From assembly GCA_041672945.1 (NCBI GenBank), contig JBAYYR010000001.1:1-63664 (forward strand): a DNA stretch of 63,664 nt, written 5' to 3'. The notes below the pieces were generated by a model. That model saw nothing but the letters and a program-made list of their open reading frames with translations. It was not told the DNA's origin and ran no database searches. Positions 52,437 to 61,231 of the stretch are shown piece after piece. Position numbers and translations under genes: made by a program. Within the stretch, counting starts at the first letter, position 1. The number at the start of each line of letters is the position of its first letter. The DNA comes from Sulfurimonas sp. GTDB taxonomy: Bacteria > Campylobacterota > Campylobacteria > Campylobacterales > Sulfurimonadaceae.

Positions 52437-54341
52437 ATGCGTCAAAAAATGGCAGATACTATAAGGTTTTTAGCAGCAGATATGGTTCAAAGGGCGAACT
52501 CAGGTCACCCTGGTGCCCCTATGGGTCTAGCAGATATAGCGGTAGTTTTAAGCGAACATCTAAGACATAACCCAAAAAATCCAAAATGGTTAAACCGTGA
52601 TAGGCTAGTCTTTTCAGGTGGTCATGCAACAGGGCTTATATATTCGCTTTATCACCTTTGGGGGTATGATATTAGCCTAGAGGATTTGAAAAATTTCCGT
52701 CAGTTAGACTCTAAAACCCCAGGGCATCCTGAGTATGCTCATACCGATGGTATTGAGATAACAACAGGACCTTTAGGTCAAGGTGTAGCAAATGCAGTTG
52801 GTTTTGCGATGGCATCTAAGTTTTTTGGCTCTCAAGTAAACTCGGATACCGCTGCTATGATAGATCATAAAGTATATTGTCTTTGTGGTGATGGGGATCT
52901 TGAAGAGGGGGTAAGTTATGAGGCGTGTTCTATCGCGGGACACAACAAGCTAGACAACCTTATACTCATCTACGACTCAAACCGCATAACAATAGAGGGT
53001 AGCACTGAACTTAGTATAAGCGAAAATATAGCTCTTCGTTTTGAGTCTCAAGGGTGGAGTGTACTTGAGTGCGATGGGCATAATTTTGATGAGATAGATA
53101 AGGTTATCATAAAAGCTAAAAGTGCTACAAAACCAACACTTATCATAGCTCATACCACTATAGCAAAAGGTGGTGGTAAACTTGAGGGTTCACACCACTC
53201 TCATGGTGCCCCTCTTGGTGAAGAGACTATATCTGAGGCTAAAAAAGCTGCTGGATTTAGCGATGAGAAGTTTTTTATAGATGAGGATGTGCTAGAGCGA
53301 TTTAGATGTGCAGTTGAAAAAGGTGAGCTTTATGAAAAAGAGTGGATACATAGCCTAAAAACTATGCCACTTATTGAGCAAAATAAGGCACTTGAGGCTT
53401 TGATGAATCCCGATTTTTCAAAGATTGATTATCCTGTTTTTGAAAAAGCAGATGCTACTAGAAACACAAATGGTAAAATCTTAAATGCTATAGCAAAAGC
53501 TATCCCATCGTTTTTAGGCGGGAGTGCTGATCTTAGCCCATCAAACAAAACAGAGCTAGTAAATATGGGAGTTTTTCCAAAAGGTAGAAATATCTACTTT
53601 GGTATCCGTGAACATGCGATGGCTTCTATAACAAATGCGATGGCACTATATGGGGGACTTTTACCTTTTAGTGCGACATTTTTTGTCTTCTCAGACTACC
53701 TAAAACCAGCGGCTCGTATAGCAGCACTTAGTGGGATACAACACTTTTTTATATGGAGTCACGATAGCATAGGTGTAGGCGAAGATGGACCAACTCACCA
53801 GCCCATAGAACACTTAAGCCAGTTTAGAGCATTGCCAAACTTTTATGTTTGGAGACCTGCTGATGGAGCTGAAAATATCGTTGCATGGCAAGTTGCACTT
53901 AGTATGAAAAACTCACCATCAGCTTTTGTGCTATCTAGACAAAATCTAGCTATCTTACCAAAAGCAGTTTTAGGTGAGGCTAGTCGTGGTGGATATGCAC
54001 TTATAAAAAGCCCTGATGCTACTATAACTCTTATAGCTAGTGGTTCTGAAGTTGAGCTATGTCTAAAAACCGCCGAGGCTCTTAAAGAGAAAAATATAGT
54101 AGCAAATGTTGTTTCCATCCCATGTTTTGATCTTTTTGTAGAACAAGATAAAGACTATATAGACTCCATCATAGACCCAAATACCAAAAAAGTAGCCATA
54201 GAGGCATCTCGCGGACTTGAGTGGTACTATTTTGCAGATGAGGTTGTAGGGATGAGTGGTTTTGGTGCTTCAGCACCTGCTGATAAACTCTTTGAGAAGT
54301 TTGGCTTTAGTGTGGAAAGTCTCGTTAAAAAACTTAGCTAA
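52437..54341 (+). CDS. tkt: transketolase
   Basis: 634 aa: SGHPGAPMG...GDGDLEEG...GEDGPTHQPIE. Confidence 0.97.
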   Translation: MRQKMADTIRFLAADMVQRANSGHPGAPMGLADIAVVLSEHLRHNPKNPKWLNRDRLVFSGGHATGLIYSLYHLWGYDISLEDLKNFRQLDSKTPGHPEYAHTDGIEITTGPLGQGVANAVGFAMASKFFGSQVNSDTAAMIDHKVYCLCGDGDLEEGVSYEACSIAGHNKLDNLILIYDSNRITIEGSTELSISENIALRFESQGWSVLECDGHNFDEIDKVIIKAKSATKPTLIIAHTTIAKGGGKLEGSHHSHGAPLGEETISEAKKAAGFSDEKFFIDEDVLERFRCAVEKGELYEKEWIHSLKTMPLIEQNKALEALMNPDFSKIDYPVFEKADATRNTNGKILNAIAKAIPSFLGGSADLSPSNKTELVNMGVFPKGRNIYFGIREHAMASITNAMALYGGLLPFSATFFVFSDYLKPAARIAALSGIQHFFIWSHDSIGVGEDGPTHQPIEHLSQFRALPNFYVWRPADGAENIVAWQVALSMKNSPSAFVLSRQNLAILPKAVLGEASRGGYALIKSPDATITLIASGSEVELCLKTAEALKEKNIVANVVSIPCFDLFVEQDKDYIDSIIDPNTKKVAIEASRGLEWYYFADEVVGMSGFGASAPADKLFEKFGFSVESLVKKLS

Positions 54342-54362
54342 AAAGGGAGTTTTACCCCTTTT
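54341..54362. terminator. hairpin AAAAGGG-N8-CCCTTTT shared by convergent tkt and the HTH gene
   Basis: A 7-bp stem read directly. It overlaps the tkt stop and the last codons of the HTH gene. Confidence 0.4.
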
Positions 54363-54549
54363 TAGACTCCAAACTACTCTTTAACTCTTTTAGCTCACTT
54401 AGATTTTGCTCTGATTTTTTGATGATATCTTCTACCATCAAGCCAAGCATAACTGTTTTGTACAGATTTGGCCTATCTTTTTCCCAGTTGTAAAGTGTCT
54501 TGTAGTTTATCCCTAGATACCCTACTATATCTCGCTTAGTCATCTTCAT
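54352..54549 (-). CDS. small helix-turn-helix DNA-binding protein (orphan regulator)
   Basis: MKMTKRDIVGYLGINYKTLYNWEKDRP is an HTH followed by a short coiled coil. AGGA lies 7 nt before the ATG at 54549; the track start at 54600 is less likely. Confidence 0.6.
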   Translation of the reverse strand: MKMTKRDIVGYLGINYKTLYNWEKDRPNLYKTVMLGLMVEDIIKKSEQNLSELKELKSSLESKKG

Positions 54550-54601
54550 ATTTTCATCCTTTTTTGGGATGAATTTACTTGTAAGCATATAATAAAACAA
54601 C

Positions 54602-54675
54602 TATGTAATAGTTATATATTATAATGATAGTTTAATGAATTATTACATATAATACAGTTTAGTATGTAATAGTTA
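54602..54675. repeat. operator/iteron-like motif array: TATGTAATAGTTA (54602-54614, 54663-54675) plus an inverted TATTACATA (54641-54649)
   Basis: Copies read directly. Four ATAGTT hexamers also occur, at 54608, 54627, 54669 and 54700. Confidence 0.8.
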
Positions 54676-54732
54676 CATCTAAATTTCGATATATATAGAA
54701 TAGTTTATATATACTATTTTATGGGAGCTGAT

Positions 54733-54945
54733 ATGCAAAGAGGTTCATTTGAGTGGACTAAAAAAGCAGCTATCCAAGGTATAGCCGAAGCCCAGTTTCA
54801 ACTAGCCGAGTTTTACTATCATGGAGATAGAGTTGCAAAAAACCACCAAGAGGCTGTAAAGTGGTATAAAGAGGCGGCACTTCAAGGGTATGAGGCGGCT
54901 ATTTTTGCACTCATAGATATAGAAAAATCATCTGAATTTTTATAA
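54733..54945 (+). CDS. mini Sel1-like-repeat protein (possible gene remnant)
   Basis: WTKKAAIQGIAEAQFQLAEFYYHGDRVAKNHQEAVKWYKEAALQGYEAA is about 1.5 SLR units with no signal peptide. GGGAG lies 6 nt before the ATG at 54733; the track start is 54721. Confidence 0.55.
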   Translation: MQRGSFEWTKKAAIQGIAEAQFQLAEFYYHGDRVAKNHQEAVKWYKEAALQGYEAAIFALIDIEKSSEFL

Positions 54946-54965
54946 GATTTTTTAATTATCTAAGT

Positions 54966-54971
54966 TATAAT
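54966..54971 (+). promoter_or_regulatory. candidate -10 TATAAT for the CDGSH gene
   Basis: TATAAT lies 28 nt upstream of the ATG, with an AGGAG Shine-Dalgarno in between. Confidence 0.4.
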
Positions 54972-54998
54972 GAAACAATTTTTACAATAGGAGTTTTT

Positions 54999-55271
54999 AT
55001 GTGTAATGATTGTTTAGTGTTTGCAGCATCCCCTGCTAGAGTAGAGCTTGAGGCGGGTAAGAGCTATTTTATATGTGCATGTGGAAGGAGTAAAGATGGG
55101 GTTTTTTGTGATGGTAGCCACAAAGGGACAGACTGCTCACCTGTGAAACTAACTGTAAATGACACTAAAGCATATACTATCTGTAGATGTAAAGCTAGTG
55201 CATCTTTCCCTTTTTGTGATGGAACTCACTCAAAGTTAAAAGATCAAGTAGGTAAACACCCACAACTATAG
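54999..55271 (+). CDS. CDGSH iron-sulfur domain protein (two CDGSH motifs)
   Basis: CACGRSKDGVFCDGSH and CRCKASASFPFCDGTH. Confidence 0.85.
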   Translation: MCNDCLVFAASPARVELEAGKSYFICACGRSKDGVFCDGSHKGTDCSPVKLTVNDTKAYTICRCKASASFPFCDGTHSKLKDQVGKHPQL

Positions 55272-55913
55272 CTTTATATCGCACCCATAGGGTTTTTTGG
55301 AGTAGTGGTTTTTAGCGTGTTCTACTATGAGTGCATGAAACTCATGGTAGATACGGCTTAGTGTTTTTTTATCTTTTATGGTTTTTTCTAAACTATGCTC
55401 AACTAAGTTTTTTACTTCATCATACTTTGCTCTCTCATCTATAAGCCCTATATGAGTAAAAAATCTTTTTGTATAAGCATCAACAACAAAATCGTTTTGT
55501 TTGTAGCCATAAAGTCTTATAGTATCGGCACTCTCCTTGCCGATCCCCTTTAGTGCTAGAAGCTCATCTCTAGTTGGAGTTTTACCATCTAAGTCTATAA
55601 AAAACTCACAAAATGCCCTTATATACTCAGCTTTTTGGTTGTAGTAACCAGCAGGTTTTATAAGCTCTTTTAGTTTTGTTATATCCATATCTAAAATCGT
55701 TTTTGCATCTATAAAACCGCTTAGGTTATTTAGTGCTTTTTGGACATTGTTAAAGTTTGTATTTTGAGTTAAAATAGTCCCAAGGGCGATCTCAAGCACC
55801 TCATCTTTACTTAGTTCAAACTCATAACTTGACTTAGTGTAGCCATGTTTTAAGAGTGGCCACCACCCTTGAGTGCCGTACCTATCTAGAAGCTCATTGT
55901 ATATCTTTATCAT
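55266..55913 (-). CDS. endonuclease III-related HhH-GPD family protein without an Fe-S cluster loop
   Basis: HhH LKGIGKESAD and VVDAY aspartate. There is no C-terminal 4-Cys motif. Confidence 0.7.
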   Translation of the reverse strand: MIKIYNELLDRYGTQGWWPLLKHGYTKSSYEFELSKDEVLEIALGTILTQNTNFNNVQKALNNLSGFIDAKTILDMDITKLKELIKPAGYYNQKAEYIRAFCEFFIDLDGKTPTRDELLALKGIGKESADTIRLYGYKQNDFVVDAYTKRFFTHIGLIDERAKYDEVKNLVEHSLEKTIKDKKTLSRIYHEFHALIVEHAKNHYSKKPYGCDIKL

Positions 55914-56812
55914 AAAAACTCAACCACCTTTATACCTATAAAAACTACTACTAAAAACAGAAGCGAGGTTATAAAAACAAGAGTTGTTAGCTCACGAGGT
56001 TTGCACTCAAAAAGTGAGGCTATATTGACATTTGCTATCGCTAGAGGCATAAGTAGCTCCATAAATATGATACCTTTTATATAGCTATCTATACTAAATA
56101 GACTAAGAGTTAAAAAACTAATAAGCGGTATAGCTAAAAACTTTACACCATTAACCCAAAGATTTAGCTTTATATCTAGCTCATAAGCTTTGATGCCATG
56201 AAGATATAGCCCAAATAAAACTAACTGCATAACTATAGAGGCATAAGCTCCCATCTTCAAGAGTTCAAGTAGTTCATGTGGTAAGTTAAACCCTATGGCA
56301 CTCAAAGTTAGTGCGACTATGGCGGCATATAATATGGGGATTTTAGCGATATTTTTAAGAGACTCTTTTGTGCTAAACTCACCCCTTGAGTAGTAGTAAA
56401 CCCCTATGGTGTGGACTATAAAAACATTTGCAAGGTTTATCATAGTGGTGTAGGGGATCGATGCTTCACCAAATATAGCTATATTTATAGGGATACCGAG
56501 ATTTCCTGTGTTTGTGATGATAGCACTAACTGTTGCTATGGAGTAGGATTTTTGCTCATAAAATATCTTTTTAGCTATAAAGCCACTTAGGAGTAAAACT
56601 ACCACAACTATAAGCAGGTATATAGATGGTGCTACTAGTATATCTATGTCGATAGGGTGGGAGAGTAGTCCCCAAAATGTTAGAAAAACTTGTAAAAAAT
56701 AGACATTTAGTATGGTGATACTCTTCTCATCTATCTTATCTTTAAAGCTTTTTTTAGCGATAAAACCTATAGCTATAAAAACATATATGCCAATAACTAG
56801 TATAAAATTCAT
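55910..56812 (-). CDS. AEC (auxin efflux carrier) family transporter
   Basis: A 300-aa membrane protein of about 10 TM segments with AEC-like topology. Confidence 0.65.
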   Translation of the reverse strand: MNFILVIGIYVFIAIGFIAKKSFKDKIDEKSITILNVYFLQVFLTFWGLLSHPIDIDILVAPSIYLLIVVVVLLLSGFIAKKIFYEQKSYSIATVSAIITNTGNLGIPINIAIFGEASIPYTTMINLANVFIVHTIGVYYYSRGEFSTKESLKNIAKIPILYAAIVALTLSAIGFNLPHELLELLKMGAYASIVMQLVLFGLYLHGIKAYELDIKLNLWVNGVKFLAIPLISFLTLSLFSIDSYIKGIIFMELLMPLAIANVNIASLFECKPRELTTLVFITSLLFLVVVFIGIKVVEFL

Positions 56813-56823
56813 AATGAAATTGT

Positions 56824-56831
56824 AGTATAAT
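56824..56831. promoter_or_regulatory. overlapping divergent -10-like hexamers (plus TATAAT 56826-56831; minus TATACT 56829-56824)
   Basis: Only 25 nt separate the two divergent ATGs (56812 and 56838). Neither has a Shine-Dalgarno sequence. Confidence 0.35.
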
Positions 56832-56837
56832 TTGCCT

Positions 56838-57146
56838 ATGAATATAGATACGATTTTAAAACAAAACCCCGCAGTGGCTATTTATTTTTCGGCCCCAAAT
56901 TGTAGTGTTTGCCATGCTCTTAAGCCAAAACTCTTTGCAAGATTTGAAGATGAGCTTGATAGGTTAAAGATAGTTGAGGTAGATACCTCGCTAGATCAAG
57001 AGATAGCGGCTAAGTTTAGTGTGTTTACAATACCGACCCTTTTGGTTTTTCTTGATGCTAAAGAGTATGTTAGAAAATCACGACATATGAGTGTTGATGA
57101 GGTGGTTGGGAGTATAAAAAGACCTTATGATATGATGTTTAGTTGA
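56838..57146 (+). CDS. thioredoxin-fold protein (CSVC active site)
   Basis: About 102 aa with FSAPNCSVCHALKP...FTIPTLLVF. I prefer the ATG at 56838 to the TTG at 56832. Confidence 0.75.
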   Translation: MNIDTILKQNPAVAIYFSAPNCSVCHALKPKLFARFEDELDRLKIVEVDTSLDQEIAAKFSVFTIPTLLVFLDAKEYVRKSRHMSVDEVVGSIKRPYDMMFS

Positions 57147-58909
57147 TCTTTAACATCTTTTACTATGTTAGTATCGGTTGCAAGATCTACCCACACAAAC
57201 TCTTTTCCGCTTTGATTTGTACCTTTTAGCAAGTCGCCACTTTTCCTAAACTCAAGATCAAGCTCTGCTATATCAAAACCATTTGTTGTGGTGCAAAATC
57301 TCTCTAATCTTGAGGAGTCTTTTAGGTTTGTATATAAGTAGCAGTACCCCTTTAGGCCTGTCCTGCTAACTCTACCGCGAAGTTGATGAAGGGTTGAGAG
57401 TCCAAGTCTCTCAGCTCCAACTATCACAACAGTACTAAGTTTAGGCAAAGATATACCAACCTCTACCACTGTTGTTGCTATTAGGATACTCCCTTTTTCT
57501 CTAAATTCTAGCAGAACACTCTCTTTAGCTTTATCTGAGCCGTAAGTGACATATACATCATCAAAATATTTCTCCCAAAAACCTCTAGCTTCACTTATGC
57601 TTTGATACTCTAAAACATCGCTTTGCTCAACCAATGGATAGACCAAAAGGACTTGATTGTTTTTTGAGAGTTCAAGTTTTATATGCTCTATCAGGTTTTT
57701 AAAATCTGCTTTTCTTATGATAGTGGTTGTTATATCTTTTTTAAATGGTGTTGAGGTGATAAGCGAGACATCTACATAAGCAGACTCTATCATAGCTTGA
57801 GTTCGTGGGATAGGGGTTGCTGAAAACTGTAAAAAGTGAGCTTTTTTTGCCCCATCGCTTGTGAGTCTATCTAGTTTGTTTCTTTGTTGTGTTCCAAAGC
57901 GGTGTTGCTCATCTACCATGATAAGCGAAGCCTCAAAAAGCTCTCTATAAAGCAGTGCATGGGTCCCTATAAGAAAATCGTACTCATCTAAGTTTAGTGT
58001 TTTAGTTTTGTTTGTAACTAGTGCTATTTTCATAAAAGGTAGATATTTTTGTGCCTCTTCAAATAACTGGTTTGCAAGTATGGTTGTTGGTGCCATAAGG
58101 ATAGATTTTGATGGGTAGTTCATATAGGCTGAAGCCAAAATCACCATAGTTTTTCCACTCCCAACATCGCCTACTATAACCCTTCTAGCGGCTACTTTTT
58201 TGCTAAAGTCGTTTTTTATATCTTCTATCGCCATTAGCTGCTCATCTGTTAGCAAAAAAGGTAGAGAACTAAGCCATTTGTGGTAGTCTTTATGGTTCTC
58301 TAAGATAGCGGGGTAGTATCTTCTTTTTTGCGAGAGGTTTTTCATATGGTTGTAGAGTTCGGCAAACTTTAGAGCATATAGGGTTTTAGCATCTAGCTCT
58401 TTTGGTGGTTTGGTTTGTGGAAAGTGAAGCTCAAGTAGGGTTTTAGCAACATCTTCTTTTAGTCCTTCATCTAAAAGTGACTCTAAACTTAGATGTTGTT
58501 TTATAAACTTTTGGAGTATATCTGTTCTTATGGTGGCTTTGTATTTTGGGACAATAGAGCCTATCTGAGTCACTTTTTTTGGCATAGAGATGGAATAAAA
58601 GCTATTTTTACTAAGTAGTGTGCCATAAAAATATCCACGATCACCCACTATAAACTGATGGTACATATATGGTTTTGGGTTAAATATAACACCTTGTATA
58701 ACCATATCAAGGTTATGGGCGAAAAAACTTATTTGAAGTGTACTTTTAGCACGATTTATGGAGTTTATAGTTGCATCTATAAGCAGGTGAGATGAGGGTG
58801 TTATGTGGTTATGAAGAGTCAAATCTTCATAATCTTTTGGGATAATAAGGGCTAGTTCTATAAAGTTTGCAACCCCTAGTTTTTTAAACCTCTCATCTAT
58901 CTCACTCAT
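57125..58909 (-). CDS. recG: ATP-dependent DNA helicase RecG
   Basis: 594 aa with GDVGSGKT and VDEQHRFG. A short RecG, as in Campylobacterota. Confidence 0.9.
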   Translation of the reverse strand: MSEIDERFKKLGVANFIELALIIPKDYEDLTLHNHITPSSHLLIDATINSINRAKSTLQISFFAHNLDMVIQGVIFNPKPYMYHQFIVGDRGYFYGTLLSKNSFYSISMPKKVTQIGSIVPKYKATIRTDILQKFIKQHLSLESLLDEGLKEDVAKTLLELHFPQTKPPKELDAKTLYALKFAELYNHMKNLSQKRRYYPAILENHKDYHKWLSSLPFLLTDEQLMAIEDIKNDFSKKVAARRVIVGDVGSGKTMVILASAYMNYPSKSILMAPTTILANQLFEEAQKYLPFMKIALVTNKTKTLNLDEYDFLIGTHALLYRELFEASLIMVDEQHRFGTQQRNKLDRLTSDGAKKAHFLQFSATPIPRTQAMIESAYVDVSLITSTPFKKDITTTIIRKADFKNLIEHIKLELSKNNQVLLVYPLVEQSDVLEYQSISEARGFWEKYFDDVYVTYGSDKAKESVLLEFREKGSILIATTVVEVGISLPKLSTVVIVGAERLGLSTLHQLRGRVSRTGLKGYCYLYTNLKDSSRLERFCTTTNGFDIAELDLEFRKSGDLLKGTNQSGKEFVWVDLATDTNIVKDVKDQLNIIS

Positions 58910-60189
58910 CTTGTAACTATAGCAAAGCTAAGCTCTAGCAACTCTTTATGTTTTTTTATAAAACTATTTAGATCTTTTAGAGAGAGTTTTTCTATAAGTT
59001 CAAGCTCTTTTTTAGAGTAGCCTATACCTTGATCGTGGTAAAACTCTAAAAATGCACGATTTAGCCTTTGGCTCATAGTCTCAACTCTAAGGGGTTCGCT
59101 CCCTTGTAAAAATAGCTTAGTCTGCTTAAGCTCATCTTCGCTCACCCCATCTTTTACAAACTTATCTACAACCTCTTTTACACTCGCCTTAGCATCTTCC
59201 ATCGACTCTAGTTTAGTTTGAAGATATCCCGTCATAAATGAGCAGGTTTTTGAGATATCGGCTCTACTATAAGCAGAGTAGGCAAGACCTTTTTTAACTC
59301 TTATCTCCTCCATCATCCGTGAGCCAAATCCGCCACTTCCAAGTATAAACATAGCTACTTTTGCTTTATAATAATCCTCATCGCTTATGCTTATATGATA
59401 AGGTGAGCCAAAATATATATATGCTTGTTCAGTCTCTTTTTTCAAGATAGATGTTGTGGGTTTTTGTTTTGTAGGGCATAAGCTTATCTCCTCATCGCTT
59501 CCATTGGCTAGTTTTTTTATGATGCTAAGGAGTTTTGGTTTTATAGTCTCAAAGTCTACATCTCCGCCAATAGCGATGATAAGTCTACTTTTTACCATAG
59601 TTTTATCTAGGTAGCTTTTAACATCTTCAAGCTCAATACTTTTTACACTACTAGCAGTTCCAACAAGTGGATTTTGCATAGGGGTGCCATCAAATAGGAT
59701 TTTTTTAAGCTCATTTGATGCTATGTAGTCAAAATCACTCTCTTTTCTAGCTATATCACCTAGTGTTTTTGTTTTAACTTTTTTTATAGTCTCATCACTT
59801 AAATTTGGGTCGTGTATAAGCTCATCTAGATACTCTAAGGCTCTATCAAGTTCATCTTTTAATGAGCTAGTCTCAACCACTAAAGTCTCTTTACCTATGC
59901 TAGAAGCTATGGTTATAGCACGGCTCTCAAGTGCATGGGCAAAAGCAGATGAGCCTAGTTTTTTGCTCCCCTCATTTAGTACTCTTGAGCTAAATTTTGC
60001 AACACCTGCTTTTTTGGTGTCAGAGATATAGCCACCATTTTTAAAGATAAATTGCATAGTAACTATAGGTAGCCTTGTATCTTTTTCAAAAATAACAGGT
60101 ACTTTTATGCCATCAATATCTATAACTTCCTCTTTAGCCGCCATCAACACACTTCCTAGTAGTAAAAATATATAAAAAAACTTACGCAT
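58906..60189 (-). CDS. secreted M16 (pitrilysin/insulinase) family homologue lacking the HxxEH zinc motif
   Basis: Has a signal peptide and an M16 fold. The position of HxxEH reads KFSSR. Confidence 0.65.
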   Translation of the reverse strand: MRKFFYIFLLLGSVLMAAKEEVIDIDGIKVPVIFEKDTRLPIVTMQFIFKNGGYISDTKKAGVAKFSSRVLNEGSKKLGSSAFAHALESRAITIASSIGKETLVVETSSLKDELDRALEYLDELIHDPNLSDETIKKVKTKTLGDIARKESDFDYIASNELKKILFDGTPMQNPLVGTASSVKSIELEDVKSYLDKTMVKSRLIIAIGGDVDFETIKPKLLSIIKKLANGSDEEISLCPTKQKPTTSILKKETEQAYIYFGSPYHISISDEDYYKAKVAMFILGSGGFGSRMMEEIRVKKGLAYSAYSRADISKTCSFMTGYLQTKLESMEDAKASVKEVVDKFVKDGVSEDELKQTKLFLQGSEPLRVETMSQRLNRAFLEFYHDQGIGYSKKELELIEKLSLKDLNSFIKKHKELLELSFAIVTR

Positions 60190-61231
60190 ACTTCTCTAGT
60201 ATCTCATATGCAGTATTTCGTTTTGCTGGAGTCTCGCCTATATCTTTTATAAGTGCTATCATCTCCTCTTTTGCCATATGATAAGCAGCACCTGCTGAGC
60301 TTACAACATTCTCCTCCATCATGGTAGAACCTAGATCATTAGCCCCATACATAAGTGCCATTTGCCCTATATATGGACCTTGAGTCACCCATGAACTTTG
60401 GATATTTGGGACATTATCAAGATACAATCTTGCAACTGCTAGTAGTCTAAGATAACGGTTTGATGAAGCTTTTGGCATATCTGGAAAGAGTCTTATAAGC
60501 TCAGTATTTTGACTTTGAAAACTCCACATTATAAATGCCCTAAAGCCACCAGTCTCATCTTGAAGTCTTCTAATCATATCAAAATGCTCAACTATATCCT
60601 CATCGCTCTCAAGAGTTCCAAACATCATAGTAGCAGTGGACATAATCCCTAACTTATGGGCTTTGCGGTGGACATCTAGCCAAACCTCAGCATCGATTTT
60701 TTTAGGTGCGATGATATCGCGAACCTTATCGCTTAGTATCTCAGCCCCTGCCCCTGGTATAGAAGCTAAACCTTTTTTATGGAGTCTCTCTAACACCTCA
60801 TCTACACTTATGCGAGATACTTTTGCTATAAAATCTATCTCGATTGAGCTAAATCCATGTATAGTTATTTGTGGGTATTTTGTGTGGATATGCTCAACCA
60901 AATCCTCATACCACTCTATCTTTAGTTTTGGGTGTACTCCACCTTGAAAGAGTATCTGAGTTCCACCTATCTCTAGTAGTTCATCTATCTTTTTGTCTAT
61001 CTCATCAAAGGTTAAAACATAAGCATCTTCATCTTTTTCATGCCTATAAAATGCACAAAATTTACAATCGACCCAACATATATTTGTGTAGTTTATGTTT
61101 CTATCTACCACAAAAGTAGTTATGCCATCTGGATGAAGCTCTTTTTTTCTTGCAGTTGCAAGACGACCAAGCTCTCTAAAATCACCATATTTTATAAGCT
61201 CAAGTGCCTCTTGCTTTGTGAGTCTGCTCAC
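60182..61231 (-). CDS. mqnC: futalosine-pathway radical SAM enzyme (MqnC-like; MqnE not excluded)
   Basis: NINYTNICWVDCKFCAFY cluster motif, 349 aa, and an FIMWSFQ region typical of the MqnC/MqnE family. Confidence 0.65.
   Translation of the reverse strand: MSRLTKQEALELIKYGDFRELGRLATARKKELHPDGITTFVVDRNINYTNICWVDCKFCAFYRHEKDEDAYVLTFDEIDKKIDELLEIGGTQILFQGGVHPKLKIEWYEDLVEHIHTKYPQITIHGFSSIEIDFIAKVSRISVDEVLERLHKKGLASIPGAGAEILSDKVRDIIAPKKIDAEVWLDVHRKAHKLGIMSTATMMFGTLESDEDIVEHFDMIRRLQDETGGFRAFIMWSFQSQNTELIRLFPDMPKASSNRYLRLLAVARLYLDNVPNIQSSWVTQGPYIGQMALMYGANDLGSTMMEENVVSSAGAAYHMAKEEMIALIKDIGETPAKRNTAYEILEKYA

Noticed and set aside
54601-54720. The AT-rich repeat region considered as a replication origin, dif site or Fur box.
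   Set aside because: There are no DnaA-box (TTATCCACA) matches and no dnaA/dnaN context. The 9-bp inverted arms are 30 nt apart, unlike a 28-bp dif core. TATAATGATAGT (54620-54631) matches only half of a Fur box. A CGATAT at 54687-54692 lacks a properly spaced sigma-28 -35 element.
57125-57146. The 22-nt convergent overlap of the thioredoxin-fold gene and recG, considered as a regulatory antisense arrangement.
   Set aside because: Short 3-prime overlaps are common in compact genomes, and there is no additional structure or conservation evidence.
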